Shown piece by piece: positions 25,201 to 37,843 of a stretch of DNA of 64,000 bases. This stretch comes from Phoronis australis. Taxonomy: Eukaryota; Animalia; Phoronida. The notes below the pieces were generated by a model. The model saw nothing but the letters and a program-made list of their open reading frames with translations, was not told where the DNA came from and made no database searches. The DNA is taken from NCBI GenBank assembly GCA_002633005.1, contig NMRA01000139.1, forward strand, positions 678,217 through 742,216, read 5' to 3'. A program made the position numbers and the translations under genes. Within the stretch, counting starts at the first letter, position 1, and the number at the start of each line of letters is the position of its first letter.

Positions 25201-28200
25201 GCATGCGCAGAAGTACTATCATATTAAGTAAGTCAAGAATGAATACAATCTCCACAACGGACAAGAGGCATGGCAGCGATTTCCGGTACTTACTACTGAG
25301 GATGTCATGAAGCGAGGCACAGACAGTGAACTTTAGGAAACAATCTGTTTATTTTGGAGATTACGACGACTTTTCAACAAATGCATGGATTTTTATAGCA
25401 CGTAATATGCATATGTCCGAAGCTTCAATTTTAGAGTGTCATGTTGGATTTTTCCTAGAAGTTCACCAACCAGCAATTGTCCAGCTTATGTCCCGCCCCT
25501 CAGCTCTTGCCCAGCCCCTCAATGTGACTTCAATTACGATCGTACCTGTTGTACATAAGAACGTCCGGCATCCACAAATACTTTGGGTGAATTCTAACAT
25601 TGCTCACGTTACCATAATCGCTTGGGTTCCACACCAAGTTTCTGTCTTTCCAGGACTGCAAATGAAAGAAGCAAATTTGTCTGGTTTTGTCGGAAGTTAA
25701 CTCTTTGACATCGTTACGCAGTAACATGGTTTGTACAGCCGCCATTTTATACAAAATTAAATGTATAACTTTTTACTAGAATAAACATTCACATTATGAG
25801 ATTTCCATTGCATTGTTATGCAGTGCACAAGCTCGAAATTGCACGGAATATTTTAATTCATAGCGTTACCTTTGCCAATGTCAAATTAACATCCCGTTGT
25901 TACAATACATGTTCAATTTCAGTAAAAGAAACAAATAACAAATACTTACATAATCTAACCAGCAGTTCGAGGTTATGATTTGGTTTTTCTCGTCCTGTAA
26001 AACATAGTTTTTGTTTAATTATTCATTTAAACTCATTATGAGTCTGGACAAGCATCCAGCGAATCTGTTGATAAGGAAGTTGGCCTTATTTGCCAGTAAG
26101 AAACATCTACTCCAAGTTAAAGTACTTAGCATATTAACAGTATGTCAATTTAAAGTGCATAACATACTAAGGGAATTGACACACAAACACAGTAATACAA
26201 AGGCCTGTTCTTTTGAATACACATTACGCCGGAAAAATTAACGTACACGATAAAATGATACATTAAAAGCAGTACGTTATCACGCCATTCAGAAACAACT
26301 TTTTAGTAACCTGTTGGATTCATACGTGGCTGTCGAAGATCGCAGATGTTCAAATGCACTTGAAAACTGAATCATGCAACTAACCAAACAACCATAAATA
26401 TACTCGGGAACCCAATGGTCGTCCGCCTAAGCATAAAACCGACTTGCTGTTGTACTCACCGAATTATTCCACTTCAAAGTTATGATCTGAATAGGATTCG
26501 ATTTAACTCTCACAGATATACCGCATTCATCGATTCGGAAGTTTTCTTTAATTTGTGCCGAGTTATTTCAAATGTGCACTGCCTTCGGCAGCCATTTTAT
26601 TGTGACACCTAAGGTCGTCATATGCTGCCCCCTTTTGTAAAAACTGAGAAACATGCAGAAAAAGGCCAACGAAGTAATGAAAATTGCAACAGCCTGTTTT
26701 TATTGACATAAACTCGATTTGAAGCTTTGATGTTGAGCTCTGCACTGTGGTTTCCAATAAAAGCCAATTGGACAACATTTCAATGCAGTTTAATGGTGAA
26801 TGCGTGAGGCAAAAATGTTAAGAACCCAGCGTATCGCATTTGTCTGCGGATTTTTCCTTTGGCCTTCTAGATCCTACTAGTGCCTGGGACAAACAGATAC
26901 ATTGCATAAACAAACCCTGGATCATGTTTTGTGTCCCGTCGGAAGAAAATTTAAATTCGAAAATATCTTCTGAAAACGCACAAAAAAGTGTATTAGTAAA
27001 ATCTACTGATTTTTAAGTGGTTTTAAAAAACAATCGGTAAACTCACCGATTTTTGTCTCATTACTTTGATACGTGTCTCTTCCGATAAGTTAGTACCTAA
27101 CGTGCAGACGAGCACTCCAAATTGGAACGCTAAGTTCCGCGTGGTTGCGCTGCACGCGAAACAAGATGGCGGACGACCTTTGGAGCCTGACGACAATAGG
27201 TAACCGGACTATACATTGGATTTGAGGAAACCCAACGTGATACGCTTTACGAAACATTTGTATTGACTACAATTTATTTCAATGGTAAAGAAAATACAAA
27301 ATATGGTATTATTAACAAGATATCAAATTAACATTATATTTGAACATTTTTAATTTACGCACGAAGGATGCCTAGGATCTGACCAATTGGAGTTTATAAC
27401 CTTCTAATTTGGAAGGCATTGGTACAAGAAGCATATATGCCTGTGCTGCCAAAATAATGTCTTGAAAATCAATGAATACTTTCGGCATTACCGGAAGTTG
27501 ACCTCAGATATTTAATCTTTTCACCGCTACCTACACGAGCCGGCCTGGCGGTCATTCCCTAAGCCCGAGAACCTCATGAAAACGCGAGAGCATGCAATAT
27601 TATCATTAAGTACAAGCTTCATTCGAGAGAATCTTGCGTGTACGGAACTAGGCCCAGTTCTTACTATTAGTTCTGAAGGTCAGTACAAAGCCATGCCTAT
27701 ACTAGCTTGAGAACTTTTCTGCGAAATGTTCTGTGGATTACGCAATAATATCTCCAAAATTTATTTATTGTTGCCATGGTTTAACAATTGTCAATGTAAT
27801 TATGTGTTATACTTGAACTTTATGTGTGTCTGTCTAGACTATCTGCGTAAAGACAATTGTGAATGCACATCATACTAGTGTATGGAACACTTGGTTGCGG
27901 AATGGAAGCAGCAAATTTCGTTTCACACTTCAAAATTTCAGCCTTGTCAACTTAATCATTTTTGGGAGGACAGTTTGCTAGTTAATACTTTCTAAAGTTT
28001 TGCTCAAACGTTTTTGAGCCAGGGCTGTTTCTCATTAAAATGGGCTAAAACTGGGTTGACTAAGTATTGTATTCACATAAAGACTATGGGTGGTATGTGA
28101 ATGCTTCTTGAAACTCATTTGATTGAAAGAAGGCATTTTTGTACCCTTTTACAGTTTCTGTCCTTTATTACGCCTTTACTGCAATTAATTTGGACTTGAA

Positions 28201-31200
28201 AACGATAATTAAATTGAAACTTAGGTGCCGTTCTGACACTTCGGATTTTCAAAAACCTGCCTTAATCGCACCTACACGCAATGTTTACTATGTTTTATGA
28301 TGTATTAGATTGTTGGCTTTTGAGTGAAAATTCAAAAGATGTAAAAGTCACATTGGATTCAATTTCGTTTAATTTTGTGCAAGGATTTGGAAGTATTTAG
28401 TCCGGCATATACTTCATATTTTCATTGTCAGCCTATACCTAGCGGTAAAAACTTTTGGCACAGAATGGGCGTGGTTTGTCAAACCCAAAAACAACGGCAA
28501 AACTGTGCTGTCTGAGGTCACGAGCATATTCCGGTGATAGAATTTGGAAGGTGTTGTGACATCGCGCATTTGTCAAAAGAAACTGACTTGCTCTACTGAA
28601 CACAGCCCAGACTTAGTTAAAAACAAGAACTGCAACGTTGATTCAGTTTCCAACGAGTTTTATTTAGCGAGGCTACCGACTAAGATATTTTGCCAGGTAC
28701 TGTATTGCATTGTAATTTTACCTTTGTTCATAAAAGTGGTTTTCTAGTTAAGGAATTTTTACCATAAACAATTTGTTTATTTCTTCAACTCGAACGATTC
28801 TCACCACGTCGATAAGATCTTGCAGGGTAAGGCCCATAGTAACGACTATTGGCTGGTTCTCATCTTCAACAGGCCTCTCTAGTCCTTGGTAGCCATTCAT
28901 CAGCCAGTTAATTAATCTCTTTTCGTGTTCACCTTGGTGGGAATCTGCAAGTACAGACAAGAGAATTTGAGAGCCAATTGCAAACGTGTGTGTGGTTTTC
29001 AGGCAATTGCTACCTACAAAAATCAGTTGCACGGCGGAGAGATGCCGTTTTTTGAACAAATCAAATACACGGAAGTCACGCATTCCAGAGACACCAGGAA
29101 TGTTGATGTCACAAGCATATAACCCAATCCCATTGCTTTGTCAGTCTGTCATGGCGCTTGCTATCGATGTTGCCTGTCGGTGCTTATTTGTAAAGTACAT
29201 CCCTGTGGGCATTTCCAAAAGATGTCTTGTCCATTACACCATGGCCTGAGGTAAATGCATGGAGACATAGCAGGTGAACGTCCGCATTGCAGCATTTCCA
29301 TTAATTGCGTACTGCAAACGCACGAAGAGGGGAAACTTAGACTGATAAATTGAACAATATGTAATTTTGATCGAGATTAAATCAATTTAAGTTGGAGATT
29401 TCGGCTAACCTTGAGAGCGAACAGGGGTTGTCAGATGAGATATAAGAGTGAAGGCTATTTTTTAAAAACCTATGATAATTATTTTCAATTTGTTTTTTTT
29501 ATTGTGGATTAAAAACAATGAAACTTTTCTTGAAACTCTAATTGGGGACTTGTTTAAAACATTTTGGATGCTGCGCCCGATCTGGCTAGAAAATATCAGG
29601 TCTCGTGTGCAGGAATGTCGCACTGTATTTGTGTGCAAGTCTAAACTGCTTTGCCGATTCTCATCCCTATAATTCTCATATTTCATTTGGCAGTTCGGGG
29701 GTGCGAATGTATGACGGCAAAATCCTGGCTGATACCCTGCACTGCCCCCCCCCCTCCCCTAACTCAAAATCCTGGATCCTTCCCTGGTAACAGGCTAACT
29801 TTCGGTTTTAACCCAAAAGTCTTTCCCTGGAATGCCAACTTCTATCTTGCGCTGCTGAGGTTGCGCCGCGCATGCTTGGCATGTGTTTGCATTCGTTTGT
29901 TCACTCAGTGGAGCACACAGCTGGAAATTCACAGTGCACTCACGCTAGTCTCGGGGTCGCAAGCTCTAATAAAAGTATACACAGGTCATATGTGGCAGTT
30001 GCGTTCCAGGGTTAGAATTCTATGGGTTTAGCATGATCGATTTCAGTCTAACTTACTTTTAATCTTCACATATTACTTGAAACTGGGATAACACATTTTG
30101 GTCTTAAGTTAACCCTAGTTCGATCTGACTTGAGCTAGAAAAAGAATTCATGGAACGGGCCCTAGAGTGGCTAGTCGAATGTGTTTTCACGCATTCTCCC
30201 AAAGCATGCTCTTGGGGCGCTAGTTTAACTCCAGGCACTTCCAGAACTACCGATTTCAAGTTTTTACTCTATTCCATATCTAAACCATTTGATTAGGTCT
30301 TACGCCGATAGCATGAACAGCTCTCTAGTATCCGTTGATCGATGTTAACTCGGACGATTTAATCTACATGTACATGTACATAAATTGTGGTTATTGCATA
30401 CAGTCTCAGCTATCCCGTTTGTTTCATCGAAGTCAAACAAGTTTTCCCGTGCCTTTTTCTCTACGTTGTGCAGCATTTTAGCTCGAAATGTCCCGTGTGA
30501 AGTGAAATGTTAGCTCTGAGCACGTGATTTTCAAGTTCGAGTAGACGCCATGATCAAAAAGACTTAAATGAAGTCGGTGGTCGACCTCTCTAGATTTCCG
30601 ATTGGTTTTGGAATTGCGTTCTGGCAGGACGTCGGTTTTCCTGAAAAATGGCGCACGTCCTGGCGAGACATTGCCATGCGTAAGCAATCAAAATAGAGGA
30701 TTTTCAAGATAGCCTCAATATATCAAAATTAACTACCTCGCCACAAAAATGGCGATTTGGTGTTTGGGTGGCACTGAATAGTTAGGTTGTGGCCGCGGTT
30801 AATTTGCACTCCCAAAATGTTAAAATCTAGGGCTAGGCCAGGCTTGGGGGCATTTTTTAGCTAGGTATTGTGTGTAGGCCAAGTGAATGTTTTTTTTTTT
30901 GTATTTGTGAACATGCTGGGAATGAAAAAAGGCCAGTTTCTTGGCTGTAACTGCACTCTTCTTCAAGATGGTGGCCCCCTGTTGCAGTTGTGCATTGCTG
31001 TGTAGCAACTGAGAAATTGGCCGCGATTTCAGGTAGCCCTCAAACAAGCCAGATTTGCAAAAAAACTATTTGGTTGACAGTACTTTTGGATCACATTTTT
31101 GGAATCGGTAGGAAATTTGCTTTCGGAATCTAATGTTGGCTTTAGTCGAGCATCGACAGGAAAGTGGTGATTTTTGGGGTGAAAAGTGCCAATTTTGCAT

Positions 31201-34200
31201 TTTTTTGCCCTCATTTTTCTTAGTTCAGCTTGGTTTCCACTGGGAGTGAATGGGTCAAAAATACAAGAGAGAATAAAGTTTCTGTGCTCATCTGTAGGGC
31301 TTGTGATGTGAAATGACTCAAAACATTTCCTTATTTGCATGTAGTTTTTGACAAAGTGAAGAAAGGGTGAAGAGTGCATTGACGTGTGTCCTGACAGGCA
31401 AACCCCTGTGAGAACTGTTCTGTGCCTCCTTGGTGGACAGTTGCTCAGCGTCACCTATCGATACCAGATAATACGGCCGGGGATTTTCGACGTACTGCTA
31501 TAAACATCGTTCCTTGCTACCACGATGAGCTCCAGTTCTGTGCGGTGGGGTGTACTGACTGGCCCACGGAAAAATGCAAGGCTCTTGAAATGCCCATGGA
31601 TGAATATTAAGACTCGTACATTTCCGACCGCAATGAAGAATCCTCGGGCTGAAGTACCCTCGGACACACTGCCAGCTATACTGAAAAGTGGCGTAGCAGT
31701 TTGAAAGAGTGTACGGCTGAAGCTGCAATTAATAAAACAGAAATTCCGATACCAGCCGATGGAAAGAGCTAAAATAAGTTTAAGGACTCAGCCTAATCAA
31801 ACAATGAGAAGGACTAACAATGGGACTTATTCCTCTAGTTAAAATTAGAGAACCATTGTAGTTATTGAATTTTAGCCCACAGCACTAATGCGTCGGGATC
31901 AAACGGAAATCACTTTTTTCCAATATCAAAAGTCCGCGAGTGGCGAAAAGTAGCGTTTATTCCCGTCTCATGTCAACGACCATTGCGACAGGAATCGGTA
32001 TCTGTGCGACTTATGCCTTATTACGAAACAATCGTGTACAACAATATTGTCTTAAACAACCCAAATCTAGCCAGACAACAGTCGGTCGACTGTGTTGCTC
32101 GTGAAATGTTGTCTTACATCCAAGTCGGACGTCTGGTCAAGCATTAAGCTATGCGTGATTATTTATAAGATTTATTCAAAGGTTATCAAAATACTTATTG
32201 TGAAAACAAGGCTTTTACAGTCACCAGTTTATCCTGATAAGTTTCTGAAGGATCGTTTGGTTTAAGCGATTAACCTTCTCGCCTATCGTATTCTAAACTA
32301 AATCAGGTGTATTCGGTCATTCATAGAAAGCCCAGGGTCATCCCACCGGACATCGTTGCATTCCGAGCCTTTTCGTTCCAATGACGTCAGAGTTGCTTTG
32401 TTTTCCATCAGGGTGGATAATTTGAAAAGCAATGTTCACGAGAATGTCAAATTTACCCTACCCATGCTGTTCGTCCATAACTGAAGTTAGGTTTGATAAA
32501 GGAATGCTTCCAGCAACAATTCCATTAACTGTCCTATGTTTTTAAATAATCGTTTATTCTCTGTCGCTTTTTATGTCCCAGAATGGTTTGTGAAGATTTT
32601 TGTTCAAGTATTTCGTGTCTCAAAGCCCTCTGTAAGAAGTATGGTGTTTAGTGTAGCTATAAAGAAAACATACTAGTGGTGAATAATCGTCGTCACGCTC
32701 AATACATATTTGGAGTATGATTAATATTTGGATATGTAAACGCTCCACATGCTTCATAATTCCATCAAGCTTGAAACATTAAATCAAACAATGTCAATTT
32801 GTCAAGGCATAATGCAATCATTTGTACTGATTCATTAGGTGTGAATGAATACATGGTATTAATATCTCTGCAATGATAACATAAGACTCTGCCGAAATGT
32901 ATACACTCCTTCGTTTAGCACAAACTACCCTCCAGTAAACGTCTATCAAATGTCCAGTAGTCGCTGATGCTTTCCAGGAGCGGATCCAGCATTTTTTAAA
33001 AAGGGGTGGTCTTATAATAGATTCTCTTGAAAGGGGGATCCAAGTCAATAATTTGAAAATTTGGTATCATTAAGATCAAGGGAAAAGGTGGGGGTCCGGA
33101 CCCCCTTAATCCCCCTGTGTCCACCTATGTTTTCTGTTTTCTAGATATAGCAAAAATGAAATTGATTTTAGTTGATTCGCACGACCTGCTGCAGTCTTGC
33201 CAGTGGTTCGTTCAAACCTTAAAGTGTACACAACATGACTCTTGTACCTCAATATAAATTTTATTATTATATCTTACTAGATTGCAGTGCCTTTAGTGCA
33301 CAGCTCATAAAGAAACACGCAAAAATTGAAAAAAATAATAATTATGTAAAACGTCATGGGTTGAACCCAAGTCGTTCGCCATACTGTTCGGATCAGAGAG
33401 TTATGCAAAGTGTATTGAGGGAAGAGAAAGCAAAATACATTTAGCGTCGAGAAGGTTCGTGGAGGGATCAAAAGATGTGTTTCCGGAGGCTGCAGCAACA
33501 GTAGCCAGGCGGAGAACGTCTCGGTGTTCCGAAGGATACCAAAGTTGCGCAGAAGTGGCATCGCTTCGTGCGCCGAACGAGAGTGTGGGACGTCATCGTG
33601 GACCAAGCGATTCGGTCCGGGGCCACTCTGTGTTCTGCCCAATTGGAGGACTCGCGTTTCTACTCCAGTCACAAGAGACGTTACGATGAAGGCCTGGTTC
33701 AATAAAGGACAATATTCATCATTCAGAAACATCAGCTCTTAGTTCAGGATCGTCTGTTGGATGAATGGGTTGACTCGCCGAGCCCGAGGCCGGTTCTCTC
33801 GCGGGAGGATCCCGTTCGTAAGGCTCAAAGTAGAAAAAGTACGCAGCCGAAAGCACATTAAACTTATTCTCGCTTTCGTGCAACCCCATTTCCTCATCCT
33901 GGCCACCATTCCCGTACGTTTCTTCATAGTATTCGTTCAATTTTTGCTCATAATCGTCGTCGCTTTCAAATTCCCTGCTTTCCGCCATTGTTCAATGCTA
34001 GTCACTAATCTCTTGTGTTCAACCCATGACGTCACATGGCGGGAAATGTGAAAATTGGCAGAATTGAAAGAAAAATCAAAATTTCGAGCTAATTACACAA
34101 AATAAACATGGGTTTAGCTAAATTTTACGTCATACATTTAGTTTGTGGCCACCGGTAGTTCAAAATGTGCAAAAATCCATGGTGTGTACTGTTAAAATAT

Positions 34201-37200
34201 CCATGTACGTGTAACTTAACCGAGTAGAGTCCGTTTAGCGGTTCCATCTTTTCGGTATTGTTGTTTGTGTCGCATCGGACATTACCTGCCGCAAAAATCC
34301 CAAAGTATATCAGCAAGATACGTGTTATTGACTACGCTTTGCAACGTTTTAAGGTTATGGCGCGGTAACTCAGGAACGATATAGTAGGTGTTTGGTGGNG
34401 TGGGGGGGGGGGGGGTCGCAAGGGAAATTTTACATTTCTCCAAGTTCCACTGATACAGGGCTGACGGAGCACTGAGCCCTGACGCCTCTAGATTTACAAC
34501 TATACATGTGCATGCATACAGTATGCGTATTCCTTTTAGTGTTGAAGTGCAGGTTTACCTAGCTGATAGAATATATAGTGGCCAAGGCTGTGCTACGATA
34601 TGTACGCGTGTAATGACTTCAGGTATATCGCTTCGGTTACAATCGCGACAAGAAGGGCCACACAAATATTAATTCTACGAGTTGTACACAACTTGTTTAG
34701 CAAGTCACTTTATCTAGTTGCACAATCCATGGTGCAGTGTGTTGTTGGATGACTGGGGCCGTCGTGGAATTTGCTGAGCTTGAATACTTTGATGTTTGAA
34801 CAACAACAATGGTTATTATTGGTTAAGACGTGGAGGTAGTTTACATGTAAAGAAGCATGGATGATAACAAGCTTGGTGTCCTGAACTCGTGTTCTATAAC
34901 TTTACGTTGTTGTAATGCAGGAATCATGAGATGTCACTGTGGCTTTCCCTTGTTGGGTCCATTGGAGATATCCTATTGTCTCTGATCTTCATAGCTTTTG
35001 AACTTCGAGTACGACCGTTGTGTTTATAATAAAAAAATAAGCATAACACGCACGACCACACATTAAGGCTTAGATCTTAGACTACAGGAAAGGATCGAAG
35101 ACTGTGTGCGACAAGAAATAACAAAAGGCAACCATAATCCGTTGATGAAAACTTGTGACAATAGCCACAACGGTCAGCAATAAAACCAATTGTGTCCTTT
35201 TAATGAGATGAAAATGTTTAGGTTGATAAAGATAATATTTACCGATCTTGCTAAGCGCCTAGGCGAACAAAATATCGGCATATTTACTTTGCGTAGCATA
35301 CAGTAGGCAATGTCAAAATGACTCGCTTGTGGCACAGCTTAAAATACCGATCATGAGTGAAAACGAATTACTATAAGGCCAATACGTTTTTTTTTCGAGT
35401 TCGATATTTCGTATCCATTCCGACACACTCGTGATCAATAAAATGTTGTCCAAGGGCTAAAAATGTCTTTGTATACCTTCGCATAGCATGGAATCGTTGG
35501 GAAACACTCTTCCCGTAAAGTACATGAGTGCGGTTTGCCATCGTGCATAAAATGTTTTGCAATTAAGTGAAGGTGAACAATAGGACGAACCGTGAATACA
35601 CAGTGACAATTGAATCACGAGCTATAACCAATAATGCTGTAATGTCCGTAAAACAGTTCTCCAGCATTGCTTTGTTCGCGCACTAGGAGCGTACCATGGG
35701 TGCAACTGTTGTTGGGGCACATCTACTAATTCAAACGAATATTTTTTAAAATTTCCAACTTCTAAATAATTTCAGAGGTTACCGGAAATGGAAAGAAATC
35801 CAAGACCTGCAACACTTGTGAAAATCTGACTCCCAGTTACAATGCTTTCTACCGCTTTCTGGGCAGAATTCTTATTTGTTTTAATTCCTCGTAGTGGGTC
35901 CAAATCGCGTCATATTGGTGACAGATATGTCATCGCTTAACATCTGAATTATGAAGGGTATTTGAAAGACAGATTCCGATGCTGAAACGCTTTTACATGT
36001 ATATGAATTGTATTCTCCGTATCGTCGAGCGATTTTAACATCAATTTCTGAGCACGCGCAGTGATGCAAGGTTGAAAACGGATACTGTAACCACGCGGAT
36101 TATTTACAGACATCACATTAGCTTCCTACATAAAACACACATATGATTGATAAAATATGCCGTGTCTAATTTCTGTTAGCCACATGCTCCATCGTCAATC
36201 GAATGTGCGGTGCCATTTATAATTTGGCTAGTCATAGCGAGGTAGATGGACCGTCATCCAGCGTGGTGTCTGACTGTTTCTTGGAAAGTGACGTATAGTA
36301 TACAATGAGTCAGAAGCTCGATTTTTATGCTCCGCGATTTCGGAAAAAATATCCTAAGCTCATATTGGCAAGGTTCCGCGTCTTTGAGGAGATACGCATA
36401 ATTGGTAATTTTGTAAAACATTTGCTACACCGTAATTTCTTTACAATTGCGTTGCAAAAACTGTATTCGGGGAAAAAGTTAGAGGGATGGGCGGTATTTC
36501 TGACAGAACATTACATTTCGTGAAACGATTCAAAGAATTCAACTGGCACAGCTGAATAAATTGCAATTACAAACAAAAGCTCTGCCAGTAGTGGATACGA
36601 TAAGATCTGTTCAGTTGACAACGAGGACAGCAGCAATGACGTGAAATTTAAATTGAATTCATGAAACAGTATACAGATCAATACATAGCTTTTTGCACAG
36701 TCCGTTGTTATTTTTTGAATTTTGATTAAGACTAAAGTTATTTTCACCTGACACGTTTGTAGTGTTCTTGTGTTTTTATGTTCAGGTTTCGTGAAGTTAA
36801 GTGCAGATAATGCTCTTAAATATTTTTTTTTCGTAGTTTTTAATTGGAGATTACAAATTTCATCGTCTGAGTTGTTTCTTCGAAGCCTCTAAACATGCGA
36901 TCACTCTGAATGTCAAATACTCGCATGTTGTGTCATTTGGCGAACGAAAAGGGAATAGCGACACTTCCATGACCACTTCAGATATTTCCATATTCTATAA
37001 ATCTATGGCCAAACGCGTAACAAATGTTTAATAACAAAATATCTGTGTTATCAACGGGCGCTTGTCATCATGTAAAGCCATTCACACTGTCGCTATATAG
37101 TTGATATTCATAATCGCTGCACTGAAAATCAGCGTGAGAACTTTTTAATACAAGATGTCTGAGGCACATACACAAGCAGATAGAAAATTATCGCTGAGAT

Positions 37201-37843
37201 ACAGTGAGCTGTAAATCCCGCTTTATCTCAATAGTAATTGTACTGTAGTTACGATATTGACTTTCTTGTCTGGGAAATACATTTTCTTTATTCACTATTT
37301 AATGTCCATGAATACTTACTTCTTAGTTAACGTAAAAGCCCTAAACGGTTCGGTGTTGCGATTGTTTTAGTTTTGCGCTATTAATCGCACAAATCAAAGA
37401 CCGTCCGTACAAGCCTAATGATATCAACGCACCTCTTTAAAAAAGACATGAATGTCTTTCTATTCCCTTCCCTATCCCGCAACAATAACGCCATCCCTTA
37501 ACGCCTCATGCCATCTCTGAAATATCTTTGATCAGATCATGCTTGGTCGGTTTCATTTTGTAATTTTCAAACTTCAACAATTCCAGATCAGAATTGAGTA
37601 GTGTTGTTTTCTCTCTCGTTCTAAATTAGAAACGCCAATTTTGTCTGCCATCATTTGAGAAGACTAGAGTTCTATGTTTTTATAAGCGGTAGTTTTTGAC
37701 GTCCATCTATACATGTGAACAGAAATACACTTGCTTGTTCCTAAACGCAACAGATCTCCAAACAACTTACCTTTCGGAAAGAGTACCAATAGTATTCCAG
37801 CGAAACAAATGTTCCTAACACAGGTCTTCCAATAAGAAAACAT
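18792..37843 (-). CDS. CHRNA7-like: Gene B: complete alpha7-like nAChR alpha subunit (about 491 aa with one 198-nt exon 7). join(37843-37771,28944-28805,25994-25950,25655-25546,24380-24127,[one of 23818-23621 | 23421-23224 | 23076-22879],20550-20464,19871-19762,19250-18792)
   Basis: GT-AG introns with compatible phases, giving a 1476-nt CDS ending in TGA. Signal peptide, ligand-binding loops, Cys-loop, [10 protein letters not shown]1-M4 and the alpha7-type ...[11 protein letters not shown]...ILFSAP C-terminus. Confidence 0.95.
19762..19871 (-). CDS. Gene B M3 exon (110 nt): (A)[36 protein letters not shown]
   Basis: ttatttccAG acceptor and GTGAGT donor. Homologous to 936-1045. Confidence 0.94.
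20464..20550 (-). CDS. Gene B M2 exon (87 nt): (A)[28 protein letters not shown]
   Basis: aactgtttAG acceptor and GTAAGT donor. Canonical cation-channel M2 (T6', L9', V13', E20'). Confidence 0.95.
21943..22139 (-). pseudogene. Gene B exon 7d: divergent loop C + M1 exon copy, 197 nt and frameshifted as assembled. Corrected reading: (G)[12 protein letters not shown][+TT][52 protein letters not shown]
   Basis: ctttctctttctAG acceptor and GTAGGT donor like 7a-c. TGT-TT-TGT between the vicinal Cys codons (A4 run at 22099-22102 on +). Without the 2 nt it is an open 195-nt exon. Not reported in the ORF track. Confidence 0.85.
22597..22621 (-). other. Candidate 25-nt micro-exon CATCGTCGCTGACTACGATGGCTTG between exons 7c and 7d
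   Basis: Long polypyrimidine tract cttttgtttcattttctttgttgatAG and TTG|GTAAGA donor. No transcript evidence. Confidence 0.35.
22879..23076 (-). CDS. Gene B alternative exon 7c (198 nt): (E)[65 protein letters not shown]
   Basis: tttgtttccttttAG acceptor and GTAGGT donor, phase 1-1. Lies within ORF 22805..23158. Confidence 0.92.
23224..23421 (-). CDS. Gene B alternative exon 7b (198 nt): (D)[65 protein letters not shown]
   Basis: cttttcttttAG acceptor and GTAGGT donor, phase 1-1. Matches ORF 23216..23419. Confidence 0.92.
23621..23818 (-). CDS. Gene B alternative exon 7a (198 nt): (E)[65 protein letters not shown]
   Basis: tttacttttAG acceptor and GTAGGT donor, phase 1-1. Matches ORF 23520..23816. 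Confidence 0.92.
24127..24380 (-). CDS. Gene B Cys-loop exon (254 nt): [85 protein letters not shown]
   Basis: Lies within ORF 24086..24541. ctttctatcttacAG acceptor and GTGAGT donor. Confidence 0.96.
24542..24691. mobile_element. MITE with TIR ATGCGCGCRCCCAA (same TIR family as 60554-60810)
   Basis: ATGCGCGCGCCCAA ... TTGGGTGCGCGCAT. Confidence 0.6.
24705..24790 (-). mobile_element. Partial copy of the ~160-nt GC-rich MITE family (CAGTGGCGGATTT end)
   Basis: Its reverse complement matches 41026-41186 and 63874-64000 (TCCCAGAT...ATTTGGCAGTTCGGGG.TGC). Confidence 0.75.
25546..25655 (-). CDS. Gene B exon 4 (110 nt): [36 protein letters not shown]
   Basis: ttctttcatttgcAG acceptor and GTACGA donor. 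Lies within ORF 25530..25754. Confidence 0.94.
25950..25994 (-). CDS. Gene B exon 3 (45 nt, loop D): [15 protein letters not shown]
   Basis: tgttttacAG acceptor and GTAAGT donor. Confidence 0.95.
28805..28944 (-). CDS. Gene B exon 2 (140 nt): (D)[46 protein letters not shown]
   Basis: tcttgtctgtacttgcAG acceptor and GTGAGA donor. Lies within ORF 28748..29083. Confidence 0.94.
29684..29779 (+). mobile_element. Partial copy of the ~160-nt GC-rich MITE family
   Basis: CATTTGGCAGTTCGGGGGTGCGAATGT...CAAAATCCTGG...AACTCAAAATCCTGGATCC matches 41094-41180. Confidence 0.75.
32975..33129. mobile_element. GC-rich MITE (CAGGAGCGGATCCAG ... GGGGTCCGGACCCCC ... TCCACCTATG)
   Basis: CAGGGGCGGATCCAG-like left end and degenerate right end. 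Flanks CTTTC / TTTTC resemble a 5-bp TSD. Confidence 0.5.
33470..33665 (+). pseudogene. Degenerate THAP zinc finger (transposase N-terminus): [63 protein letters not shown]
   Basis: C-x4-C, PKD...W..FV...R..W and LCS(H>Q)(F>L) spacing of THAP. One frameshift near 33528 and a downstream stop. Confidence 0.7.
33719..33988 (-). pseudogene. N-terminal stub of a KolX / P2X7 C-terminal-like accessory protein
   Basis: [15 protein letters not shown]...FYFEPYE...LRADVSE(W>stop or lost donor). An acidic N-terminus, YxFEP-like motif and R..VSEW precede the Cys-rich domain in this family. Convergent to the THAP stub. Confidence 0.55.
37771..37843 (-). CDS. Gene B signal-peptide exon: [24 protein letters not shown](D); exon probably spans 37965-37771
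   Basis: ATG, hydrophobic core and AAAG|GTAAGT donor in phase 1. Strong acceptor ttcttttctttccAG at 37967-66. Confidence 0.8.

Larger units (their letters stand above)
33219..34195. mobile_element. Internally deleted Kolobok-type DNA transposon with convergent THAP and KolX/P2X7-C-terminal-like gene stubs
   Basis: TTAA at 33219-22 and 34192-95. Imperfect TIR AGTGTACACAACATG / CATGGTGTGTAC. THAP remnant on + and acidic YFEP ORF on -. Confidence 0.7.
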
